Of a stretch of DNA of 41,351 nt, positions 24,905 to 34,700 are shown piece by piece. The notes under the pieces were generated by a model. That model was not told the DNA's origin and made no database searches. It saw nothing but the letters and a program-made list of their open reading frames with translations. The stretch's first letter is position 1, and each line of letters starts with the position of its first letter. The DNA is from a virus (Duplodnaviria; Caudoviricetes): IMG/VR virus record IMGVR_UViG_3300020402_000161, positions 1-41,351 of that record; one strand, given 5' to 3'. A program made the position numbers and the translations under genes.

Positions 24905-25087
24905 CTATTTTTGTTGAAAGGTTCCGTAGATCCTTCCTATTTGTTTGTTAATATGAAACAACTCTGCTTCGGCACCGGCCAGAGTTGCTTTGATGTCGAC
25001 TAAAGTTATAAGAGCCCAGGTTAGTATTCCAAACAACGATGTTGCTATAAACCCTAATATAACTTTTAAATCTATTTTCACAACCAT
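24905..25087 (-). CDS. Small membrane protein in the lysis cassette
   Basis: Start moved to ATG 25087. One hydrophobic helix followed by a short helical tail. Confidence 0.6.
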   Translation of the reverse strand: MVVKIDLKVILGFIATSLFGILTWALITLVDIKATLAGAEAELFHINKQIGRIYGTFQQK

Positions 25088-25548
25088 CCTTTCTTCTGAG
25101 CATACAATATAAATAATACAAATGCTCCTGTTATTGCTGAGATAATTAAAAACCAAAGTATAACTTGTTGACAGGTCTCTACAAAATTATCTCTTGCTTT
25201 CTGTCTAGCTGCTGCTTCCTCAGCTCTTCTCTTCCTAGCCTCAACACAAAACTTAACATAATCACTATGTAATCCTGGTCTGCCTAGGTAGATCATCATT
25301 TGTTTTAATTCTTCTTCCTTTTGTTTTAACTCCTCCAGAGCCATAAATTCTTCAAGGTCATGCTCTTCCTTACCACTGAAAGCAGACCAGATACTATTCT
25401 TTTTCTTGTCTTTAAGTTTACGCAAATCGTCTTGAGCAGTAACGAATTGACCAATCGCTTTTCCACAAGTGACAAGTTCACGGCCATTCTCCACTGCCTT
25501 TTTTATCACGGCAAACGCCGCATTTGCTGCTGCGATTTCTGCTAACAT
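25078..25548 (-). CDS. Hypothetical coiled-coil protein with a C-terminal transmembrane helix
   Basis: 156 aa, MLAEIAAANAAF...EEFMALE, hydrophobic C-terminus. Confidence 0.75.
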   Translation of the reverse strand: MLAEIAAANAAFAVIKKAVENGRELVTCGKAIGQFVTAQDDLRKLKDKKKNSIWSAFSGKEEHDLEEFMALEELKQKEEELKQMMIYLGRPGLHSDYVKFCVEARKRRAEEAAARQKARDNFVETCQQVILWFLIISAITGAFVLFILYAQKKGWL

Positions 25549-25551
25549 TCA

Positions 25552-25791
25552 TCATTCTATTTTAAGGTTACCGACGACCTTTATTAAGAGGTCTTCGATT
25601 CGATCTATCTTTCGATCTAATTGAGTTAAGTCATTTTGCAAGTCTGTCTTGCTAACATACGTCTCCCTAGTTTCTCTAAGAAGTAGCTGCAGGTTTTTTA
25701 CTTCAGTCACCAAGTACTTAAATGCCCAGGCAAGGGGTCCAATAACCAAGGTTAATACTGCTGTCCAAATGATCATTGGGTCCAAGACCAT
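25552..25791 (-). CDS. Small N-anchored membrane protein with coiled coil
   Basis: Start moved to ATG 25791. TM helix then ETYVSK...LDRKIDRIE. Confidence 0.65.
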   Translation of the reverse strand: MVLDPMIIWTAVLTLVIGPLAWAFKYLVTEVKNLQLLLRETRETYVSKTDLQNDLTQLDRKIDRIEDLLIKVVGNLKIE

Positions 25792-25795
25792 AACC

Positions 25796-26200
25796 CTACA
25801 CTTTCCACATCCAAGATAGCTTAGCTGTTTCATCTGTTCTGATTTTAGCTATAGCTGTCTTAGTCGCATCGTCCGGTGCTGCAAGATCTGCTTGCGTATA
25901 GTTAGCAGTAACATCACGTGAAATGTTTTGATCAAGTATAGGTTTCCAGGCTGCTTCAACTTTTTTAGCGCCAGTTGATGTAGCTGCTGTAAACTTATTC
26001 TCGTTCACTGCATTGTATGTGTCAGCGTAGTCTTTCCAGAAAGTAACAAACAAGCCATCATCTAATGGATGCCATACTACTGGAGGTCTACCCTCTGTGT
26101 TTTCCCCATCAGCTCCTTGTGATGGCAGCTGAGCAGGGTGTACAACCTCACTTAATTCTAAGTCAGTCTTGTACAATTTTATGTCGTCAATATATGCCAT
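25796..26200 (-). CDS. Hypothetical protein (possible fibre accessory or chaperone)
   Basis: 134 aa, GGAGGA SD, follows the RCC1-repeat gene. Confidence 0.7.
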   Translation of the reverse strand: MAYIDDIKLYKTDLELSEVVHPAQLPSQGADGENTEGRPPVVWHPLDDGLFVTFWKDYADTYNAVNENKFTAATSTGAKKVEAAWKPILDQNISRDVTANYTQADLAAPDDATKTAIAKIRTDETAKLSWMWKV

Positions 26201-26209
26201 TGTTCCTCC

Positions 26210-28276
26210 TTACGGTTGCATTTTATGCCAGTGCCTGAAGTGAGTATTGTTATTAGAACCATGCTGGTAGTAATAATTGTTACCAATCATCCAGATGCTA
26301 TTATCAGACATTCTAGCATACCAAGTCCAGTAACTATTATAGTAGTGACCAACAGACATAATCTCTTTAACATAAATATCTGTTGTTCCCGCGTAATGAA
26401 AACCACTAGCCAGTGAATGATTCCAAGGAGCAGGATATAGAAAAGCATTGGTGAAGTTATAACTACTTGTATTAGCTTGATAGTAATAAGCACTATGAAA
26501 ATAACCACCATTCCAAGTTCTATACTGCGTGTCTAAGAATATCCAGCCAGGCGCGTTATAACCACTACTTCGTATTGGAAATATTGCTTTAATATTATTC
26601 TTAGGGAAAGTTAGATTAGTTGTATTAATCGAACCGTCAGCAGATGATGTAACATTTTTAAGATAGTTAGTACCAAATGTAGTTGTCTGTGGATCTCTCA
26701 CACTTTGGTTAGCAGTAGTATTACCAACTAAATGTTGGCCTTGACCATTGTAACCCCAGATAGCTATTTGAAGTCCAGTGTTTGCTGCAACCGTATAAGT
26801 GTATGCATCACCTGGTCCATCTTGTCCTGATGGATTACCTAGGAAAGCACATAAACTTAATGTTGAAGCATTACCTGCAGAGTGTATAGCTGCAAAGTTT
26901 TCTGAACCACCAACCTGCACCCAAGCGGTTTGTGTTGTGGTATTACCAGTAGCACATTGACCTGCACCGTTGTTACCAATCGCGTATAGATCACCTGATG
27001 TATTAATATAATAACCACATGCAGCTACACCGCCGTTGTAGTAATATGTATTACAACACATAATCTGTGCAGCATTACTAACTGCAGTCATTTGAGCAGG
27101 AGATGTTCTAGAAGAACCAAGAGACGAGATACTATTTGTATTAGACCCTGTGTGATAAGCATTACCAGAAGAGTCTAAGAAATATGTATCACTATAACCA
27201 GCTGAGATTGAAACAATATTTGATAAACCAGTGATTCTTGTTGGCACGTTAGTATTAGTCGTATTACCTAGTCCATGAGAACCACTACCACCCCAACCAC
27301 AAACAAACACTCGTCCGTCGTGTGTTATAAAGAAGTAGTGAGTGTTACCCATACCTTGATAACCACCCGCGTCGTTTGTAGCAACACAAGCAATCTCACA
27401 AGTAATACTATTGTTAGTTGCGTCAGGTCCTAGATAAGGGTTTTTAACAAGTTGGTATCTATCGACCGTATCACCTAGTCCTAGCTGGCCAGAACCGTTT
27501 TCACCTTGCACAAACACATTACCCTTGTTTGTGAGCACGACCATACTATTTTCATTATACCAATGTCTTACAAAATACTCGCCATCTTTTAGACCACCAA
27601 ACTCTGTACTGATCGGCATACAATGTTCTACTGATTCATTGTAAGAGCCTGAGCCTATAGCACCTATACCATAGTGAGAATAACCTTTAGTCATTAACTC
27701 GTGGCTGCTATTTAACCAGACCATTTTAGTATATCTATTGTGCATACGTTCACGGTCACGTTTAACTGGTCCACACTCAGGATTAAAGAATGGATCTATT
27801 GGAATCCAGTCTGCACTTGCACCTGACTTACCATTATATTGTGCAAGCCAAGGTCGTTTACCATCTGTTCCTGGTATTGTAGAGTTTGTTGTGTTAGCAT
27901 AAAGTGGCACGTTGGAATCACATATATCCATACTTTGCCAACCGTCTGCTGTACCCCAACCAACAGCCGTTGAGCTAGTTGCTTTAAGTACTTGACCTGC
28001 ATTACCGATAGCTAATCTTGCAACCGTACTACCGTCATGCGTTAATAAATCACCTGCTGTAGTCAGAGTATTACTTGTACCCTGAGCCATTAAGTTCCAA
28101 TGAGTAGTGTTAGTACTCGCTGGAGCACCGGCAGCAGTACCGGTTTTTGATGTAGCGTTTACGTAAACCCATGAATCACCATTGTAATAAACAACGTCAT
28201 CAGCTTCGTAGGTTGTACCGGTTGCAAAAGTACCTTTCCACGTAAACTTTATTTTTCCTATGTCTAAAGTCGCCAT
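26210..28276 (-). CDS. RCC1/BLIP-II beta-propeller repeat protein, putative receptor-binding tail component
   Basis: Repeats GENGSGQLGLGDT, GWGGSGSHGLGNT, GNNGAGQCATGNT, GYNGQGQHLVGNT. N-terminal LDIGKIKFTWKG...YEADDVVYYNG module. Confidence 0.8.
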   Translation of the reverse strand: MATLDIGKIKFTWKGTFATGTTYEADDVVYYNGDSWVYVNATSKTGTAAGAPASTNTTHWNLMAQGTSNTLTTAGDLLTHDGSTVARLAIGNAGQVLKATSSTAVGWGTADGWQSMDICDSNVPLYANTTNSTIPGTDGKRPWLAQYNGKSGASADWIPIDPFFNPECGPVKRDRERMHNRYTKMVWLNSSHELMTKGYSHYGIGAIGSGSYNESVEHCMPISTEFGGLKDGEYFVRHWYNENSMVVLTNKGNVFVQGENGSGQLGLGDTVDRYQLVKNPYLGPDATNNSITCEIACVATNDAGGYQGMGNTHYFFITHDGRVFVCGWGGSGSHGLGNTTNTNVPTRITGLSNIVSISAGYSDTYFLDSSGNAYHTGSNTNSISSLGSSRTSPAQMTAVSNAAQIMCCNTYYYNGGVAACGYYINTSGDLYAIGNNGAGQCATGNTTTQTAWVQVGGSENFAAIHSAGNASTLSLCAFLGNPSGQDGPGDAYTYTVAANTGLQIAIWGYNGQGQHLVGNTTANQSVRDPQTTTFGTNYLKNVTSSADGSINTTNLTFPKNNIKAIFPIRSSGYNAPGWIFLDTQYRTWNGGYFHSAYYYQANTSSYNFTNAFLYPAPWNHSLASGFHYAGTTDIYVKEIMSVGHYYNSYWTWYARMSDNSIWMIGNNYYYQHGSNNNTHFRHWHKMQP

Positions 28277-28291
28277 ATTACTTTACCTTTC

Positions 28292-29182
28292 CTATGGGAA
28301 CGTCGCCACTAAGTGTCCCGAAGCGTTAATAGAGAATGATAATCCAGCTGCGCCGAAATCATAGTCTCTATAGTCGCTTAACGTGTATGAACCACTTTGT
28401 CCGATTACGCTCTTGTCGTATTGTAACGTGCTTCCGTTAAATTTGAAACCATAAAATGTCGCATTATCTTGTGGCGGGGATATAAACTCATAGCCCGTTG
28501 CACCTGAATTAACACGTATATAATACCCCACATAAGTACTACTAAGCGTAGGAAGATTAATCGCTTGTTGTGCTGTTTGTGCAGTAGAGGCACTTGTCGC
28601 GGCAGATGTCGCTGATGCTGCAGCAGCACTTTCACTTGCAGCAGCGTTACTAGCTGCTGTTGCTGCGGCACTTATTTCAGTCGTTGTTGGCCCCATTTCA
28701 ACGCCTGTTCCAGCTGAATTAACTACGAGAGCTTTGTTAGCAACTAACTCTGTCATTGTTAAGCCAGTGGTAGCTGAAGACTCTACAACTTTTAGAGATC
28801 TATCAACTTGCTCACTTAACATTGTAGCAATTGTAGTTAGTTTATCTAATGCACCCTCATGGGTTTCAGCGGGAAATGGGTCACCCTCAACGTAGTCAAC
28901 CTGTTGCGTGATAGCAACATCTCTTAGTATAACTATTCTATGAGTTGTGGGTAAATTATTATTTAAAGTTATGGTAGCAAATTTTGTAGCCGAATTAATA
29001 GTAACCGTGTAGTCGTAAGTACCGCTACCGCCTCGTGTTTGTTTTGTTTGTACGCCAGTAGCAAGTACTAGTGTAAATACTTCTAATGCATCGACGGAAT
29101 CGACCGGTGCATTAAATGTAAAATTAGGTGTACTGCCAGTACCGACCTGTACAACTCTTTTTACTTCGGTTGCTATTGTCAT
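28292..29182 (-). CDS. Tail fibre adaptor with T7 gp17-like N-terminus
   Basis: FTFN, ILRDV.ITQQVDY..GDPFPAETHEGALDKLT, followed by an Ala/Ser-rich shaft. Confidence 0.85.
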   Translation of the reverse strand: MTIATEVKRVVQVGTGSTPNFTFNAPVDSVDALEVFTLVLATGVQTKQTRGGSGTYDYTVTINSATKFATITLNNNLPTTHRIVILRDVAITQQVDYVEGDPFPAETHEGALDKLTTIATMLSEQVDRSLKVVESSATTGLTMTELVANKALVVNSAGTGVEMGPTTTEISAAATAASNAAASESAAAASATSAATSASTAQTAQQAINLPTLSSTYVGYYIRVNSGATGYEFISPPQDNATFYGFKFNGSTLQYDKSVIGQSGSYTLSDYRDYDFGAAGLSFSINASGHLVATFP

Positions 29183-29183
29183 A

Positions 29184-31715
29184 TTAGTCTCTTACTCCTT
29201 CAAACAATCTATCGCCACCACCGTATGGTATCTTCGACGATGGAGGTATCAAGAATCGTTGATTATTTTCCCTCATTATACGCTGTTCTGTCCGTAAAAG
29301 ATACCCCGGACTTACACTTTCCTGCAACTGGTACAAAAACAAGTAATCAAGCGCCATTCTAGTGTAGAACAAGTTTATGAACGGGGTGTTGTTTTTTGCT
29401 AAATCTAACAGGTCTGCTGTTGGATTTTCGCCTTTTCTAATAGTCGATATAATATATTGTAAATCATTTATCTGACCTAGTGTAGGACCTGCCAAGGTAG
29501 ATAAGAAACCGCCGCCGATTCTACTACCCTCGCCAAAGAAGAAATCTCCATAAATACCTAGACCTCCACCTTGCACCATAGCAGCAGATAGTATTTTAGC
29601 TATATCACCAGGGCTAGACCAATCTTCTATAGTTCTTGGTGTTCTGCCTTTTAATACATCTTTAGCATACATAGCGCCGTAACCCATAACGGTAGTAGCA
29701 ACCATAAGTTGAGCTAGTCCCATTATATCGGCCTTGCCATTTGCCTGTCCGTATATTTCTCTACCAAGACCACGTCTAATCATTGTTATTGGAAATGATT
29801 TAAACTGCATCATCATTCTAGCTATCTCACCCCAGAATGTACCAGCAACCGTACCTTGGTTCATGATAGCACGTTCTGCAGCACCAGGCATTGGTATACC
29901 ATGATCAGCTCTATCCATGTAGAATGAATCTAATTTTTGCATTAGTTCATCTTTAGCATCAGATATAGCTCTTGGTCCTTGCTTTACTTTTCCTCGTCTA
30001 GTTAGATACTCTTTGATAGCAGCATCATCTACTTCATCAATGAAATCAGTGGTAATATAATCATTACCATTTGCTTTCCTGTTTCCATGTTGTCTATAAA
30101 AGTCCCAATCAATTTCATCTATCCCATATTGTTTAAAAACATTTTTTAGTCTATCACCTAATTGATTAAATGATTTATTTCTTGCTACACCTAGTCCATT
30201 AGCCATAATCAATGCCATACCAGTACGGTGTGAATCGTTCCACCATGACATTAAATTAAGTTTAAAAAACTTTTGTTGCATCTTAGCAAACCTACCAGGT
30301 ATATGGTCATTAGCATGGAACCTGGATAATAGGTCACCGGTAATACCATCAAAGCCTATTCCTAATGCTCTTGCAATCTGTCTTTGTTCTGCATTTCCTC
30401 GGCCGCGAAATAAATTAGCAAAGGCATTTGTATATGCAGCAAAGAGAGGTTTACCTTGATACCTTAATTCAGCTGCTTGGTTTGCAATATCAGTTACAGA
30501 GGATATAGTAGCACCACCTAGTTTTGATACGTTGGCAATAGCACGAGCAATAGCTCCTACCCTGGCAACCGTAACTCTAGCAGGTATCTGTGTTGTGCCA
30601 TCAAGCTCTGCCATGATATTATCGATAGTTCGACTTTTAAAATCATCTGTAATTTTAAAGTCACCTTTTTTCTGTGCTTTGTCTGCATACATTTTTTTAA
30701 GTTTAGTGATCATAGCCTCAGGATTAGGGCCAAGACCTTTCATCAAAGCAGTACCTCTAGCTAAGTGCTGCAGACCTTGTACAACACCTTCTCGTATATC
30801 GCCAGTACCAAACGTTCCATTGTATTCCATAAAATCTTCTGCAGATTTAAAATGTAATACTCTTTCTTGACTCATACGTCTGCCAAGATTTTTTGGTCCT
30901 TTAAATCCATTTAAGTGATTAGTTTCGCCACCTTGAAATTTTCTATGGATCCCAGAGGCTAGGGCCTTGTAAGCAGACTCTAAGAATTTTTTAGGATCTT
31001 CACCTTTAAATGTTGATTCATCAAGTTTATCTTTAATAAAACCTACCCACTCGTCCATACCAGCTTTTCTTATTGTCTGGATATTATGTGATTGTCTCAT
31101 TATATAACCAGCACGTGGCCTGATAAATGATCCTGCCTTATTAGCATTCTTAACAGCAATCATTTGTGATTCATGTAGAATATTAGCAATACGACGAGCT
31201 GCTGCATTTTTAGTTATACCAGGATTACCGTCAGGTTTTATTTCCCACATTTCTTTTGCGATGTCTACGTCAATCTTACCACTATTATATAATTGTAGAT
31301 CCCCTGGGTTTTGTTCTAGCTTATTAATAATTCTACCAATATACTTGTTACCTAGTGATTTAGCAGATACATCAATACTTAATTTACTTTTATAATTAGC
31401 ATTAATAGATCCAGCTAGTAGTGCTTTGATACCTTCAAATGGATTATCAAAGCTATCGATAAACCTCATGGCTCTTACCTCGGCCATAGCAGAAAGAGCT
31501 TTGTTTCTTTTTTCTATAGTAGCAGCTAAGATCTCATCATTTAATTTAGATTGTATATGCTCTTGTAGTTTAGCATCTAAGTTATCTATATTTTTACTAC
31601 CGGCAGCATCAATAAAATCATTGATCTCTTCCAGTATATCCATAGCTGCAGTATCATCAATCTTTCCTTCTGCTGCTGCATTCTTAATAACACCAATACA
31701 TTTTTTAATACTCAT
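29184..31715 (-). CDS. Large internal virion (ejection) protein
   Basis: About 843 aa from ATG 31715 (ATGA overlap). QFKSFP and QGGGLGIYGDF motifs. Last gene of the core-protein block. Confidence 0.75.
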   Translation of the reverse strand: MSIKKCIGVIKNAAAEGKIDDTAAMDILEEINDFIDAAGSKNIDNLDAKLQEHIQSKLNDEILAATIEKRNKALSAMAEVRAMRFIDSFDNPFEGIKALLAGSINANYKSKLSIDVSAKSLGNKYIGRIINKLEQNPGDLQLYNSGKIDVDIAKEMWEIKPDGNPGITKNAAARRIANILHESQMIAVKNANKAGSFIRPRAGYIMRQSHNIQTIRKAGMDEWVGFIKDKLDESTFKGEDPKKFLESAYKALASGIHRKFQGGETNHLNGFKGPKNLGRRMSQERVLHFKSAEDFMEYNGTFGTGDIREGVVQGLQHLARGTALMKGLGPNPEAMITKLKKMYADKAQKKGDFKITDDFKSRTIDNIMAELDGTTQIPARVTVARVGAIARAIANVSKLGGATISSVTDIANQAAELRYQGKPLFAAYTNAFANLFRGRGNAEQRQIARALGIGFDGITGDLLSRFHANDHIPGRFAKMQQKFFKLNLMSWWNDSHRTGMALIMANGLGVARNKSFNQLGDRLKNVFKQYGIDEIDWDFYRQHGNRKANGNDYITTDFIDEVDDAAIKEYLTRRGKVKQGPRAISDAKDELMQKLDSFYMDRADHGIPMPGAAERAIMNQGTVAGTFWGEIARMMMQFKSFPITMIRRGLGREIYGQANGKADIMGLAQLMVATTVMGYGAMYAKDVLKGRTPRTIEDWSSPGDIAKILSAAMVQGGGLGIYGDFFFGEGSRIGGGFLSTLAGPTLGQINDLQYIISTIRKGENPTADLLDLAKNNTPFINLFYTRMALDYLFLYQLQESVSPGYLLRTEQRIMRENNQRFLIPPSSKIPYGGGDRLFEGVRD

Positions 31716-34700
31716 GACGCACCTCTCACACAAACAGCCGCAGCTTTAGTTGCTTCGTATAAGTCTTTAGCATCTGCAATATCTTGATCTGCTTTAGCAT
31801 TAAAATCCTCGATTTCTTTTGTTAGACTTTTTATATACTTAGGATCTGCATTAGCAAACTCAGCCTTGATTAGCTCTGCTATTTCTTCTAGCTCTCCGTC
31901 AGCTGCTGCTTGTTCTTTAGGTTTATTAGGTGTTAGCTCTGCTTTTATATTTTGTTGATCACCTAATTGTAAGTCAGGATCTGCCATGTCTACATCATTG
32001 ACAGCGTTAGATGGTTGTACCTTATACTTCTCTGCTATCTTGATTTGCTCTGTAGCATTAATTTTTTTAACTAGTTTTTCTCCAGGTGGCAATGCATCAA
32101 GTTCTATAATAACACCTTTTTGAGGTGACTTAGTAGCTTTCTTAACAACATAAGTCAAGCCATGAGGTAATATTATTTCTGACTCTGCTGTGCCAAATGA
32201 AAAATGTTTACCCTTACCAGCATAAAGTACTGGCATACCTTTAGGTAGATTTATTCTAACTCTTGTTTCTGTAGGATAACTACCAAAATTAAATGCTTTG
32301 TTTCTGTATAAACTAGTTGAAGTAAAACCATCTAGTTGTACTTCACCACCTATCATTGCGTTAGCTGTGTGTATATCAGAACCATCAACTAAGCTAAGTC
32401 CCTTAATACCATTGAAAACATCTTTTGGTACGCCGCCACGATATACTCGCATTTGCTTAGTAAGTTTTGTTTTATTAATAGCATCTGATAAATCTTTTAA
32501 ATGAGCATCGATAGCTTGTTTTGCTTGTGCTACACTACCAGCAGCATCAGTATAACCTGCTTTTGTCTTTTGTTCTGTAGGTACATATTTAGAATATTGT
32601 AGTATGGCTGCATCATTTGCTTGGCCACGTAAATATGAATTAATCCAGCCATAACTAGATTGTGTATAATCTTTAATAATAGCTTTTTGTGCAGCAGTAA
32701 GTTTTACATCACCTTGCTCTGCCATTTTATCTAGCGCTTTTTGTGCAGCAGCAAAACTATTAGATGCTATAAAACCTTTTTTAGTAGTTGTAGTTTGTTC
32801 TACTCTAGCAAATTTTTCTGCTAAAGCAGTTCGTCTGTTCCCCAATGCAGTCATTAATTCTTTTTTATATTTAGCAGGCATACCTACAACATCGATAACA
32901 TTAGCAATCTCAGAAGTAGATACACTAAATATTCTTGCTGCTGATTGTTGATGTAATTTCTGTAACGTAGCAGGATCAATAGAGCCAAATACTTTTGCAG
33001 CATTTGGATTTTTATTTTTATCCAGGAATGTGGTCATCTCATCTATAGCATCAGATAATTTTTTAGGCTGACCTTGTGCTCTAAATAATAGTGCGCCACC
33101 TGGATCTATTCTTAGTAAAGTACCGTCTGGCATTTGCATCATATTAAAATTAGGTGCATTACCAACTACGTCCCAGTTACCGAGGTACATGTCAACTAAA
33201 GCATGACCTGCAAATTGTTCTCTTACACCAGCAGGTAATTTTACAAAATCGTCAGGCGTAATCATTTTAGCACCTGGAATTATTTTTGATGCAACACCGA
33301 CTATATTTCCTTGTGCATCACCGACTAATCTAGTCAACGGGAATGGTACACCAAACTCGCGGTAGAGCGTAGCAGCAATAAATTCGTTTTTTGCAAGTTC
33401 AACGTTTTCTGGATATTTAACGTAAAACTCATCACCTGTGGCCATGTCTTTGTAGAAGCCACCTTTTTGTGTACCTGCTTGCGTACCGGTTTGTTGTAAG
33501 TTATCATTTAATATTTGCTCGTCAAAATATGGTTTTTGACCTTCAACATCATTTAAAAAATCTCCTTCATCAAATTTAGAGTATTCGTCAAGTATAGCAT
33601 TTTTACCCCCTTTTATATTACTACTAAATAATGAGATAGCCGGGTCACCTTGAAACATCTTAGCAACTTCATAGCCTGGTGCAACAACCACATTATTTTG
33701 ATTCATTTTAGGATTAAAGTCTACACCCTCAATACTCATAACATGGTGAATAGTACCATCCTGTAATTTAACACTACCTGTGTAGTTAAGATCAGCAGCA
33801 GCCATGTCGACACCATGCATAAGCAATGACCTATGCATCTTCTCCCCTATGACTGCTGTCTCGCCAGGAGCTCCTGCCATTGAGTCACTATCAAATAATC
33901 TTAATGACTCTCCTTGCTTTTGTCTTACAACTACAAAGTCACCATTCTTCGTCTTAATCCTAAATGCTAATTTTTGCTCTAGACTTTTTGCTTTTGCTGT
34001 AGCTACGGCTTCTTCGTATTCTTTTGTTGCCATAGCTCTTTTTAATTTAACTGAGGAAAGTTTAATTCCTTTTTCACCTTGCCTAATTAATGCTAATGAC
34101 TCATCGCCATTTTTATGAGGTGCATATTCTTTTGTAGTACCTGGTTGGTGTGGTTGTGTTGAATCACCTTTAGTTACATTTTGTCTTGGCTGATTAGGTT
34201 GATCACCTGGTTTACCACTATTACCTTCAATATTATTTTTAGGTGTCGTAAATGTAGGTTCGTCTGAACCGTGAGCTATAGGAGTTACTTCTACATTTTT
34301 ACCTTCAGCACTTTGTTTAACTGCAGTATCAAATGCAGCTAAGTGACGTCTAGCTTTAATATGTCTTACGCCATCGGCCAATGCACCAAACTTCATGTGC
34401 AAACCGCCGCCGGCTAATGTACCAAAAGCTATATTAAAAAATGATTGTACTGCGCCATATTGTGCTTGCTCTTGTTGTGCAGCACTATAGATAAGTGGCT
34501 CAACAGCTACAGAACCATAGAAACCAGCCATACCACCGGTTACTAATCGTCCAGCTGATCTACCAGCAAATGACTTAGCTCCTTGTATTCCTAATGCTGA
34601 TAATACTTTTGCACCGCCAAGTGGTGGTATAAACATTAATGGTAAAGTTACTGGGTCTAGCAAAGCCATACCCATTTCAATACCCATACCTTTCCAGAAC

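Noticed and set aside
26210-28276. Diversity-generating retroelement target in the receptor-binding gene
   Set aside because: No reverse transcriptase gene and no template/variable repeat pair were seen.
28570-28670. GCA/GCT-rich quasi-repeats in the tail fibre gene
   Set aside because: They encode an ordinary Ala/Ser/Thr-rich fibre shaft and are not a DNA-level array.
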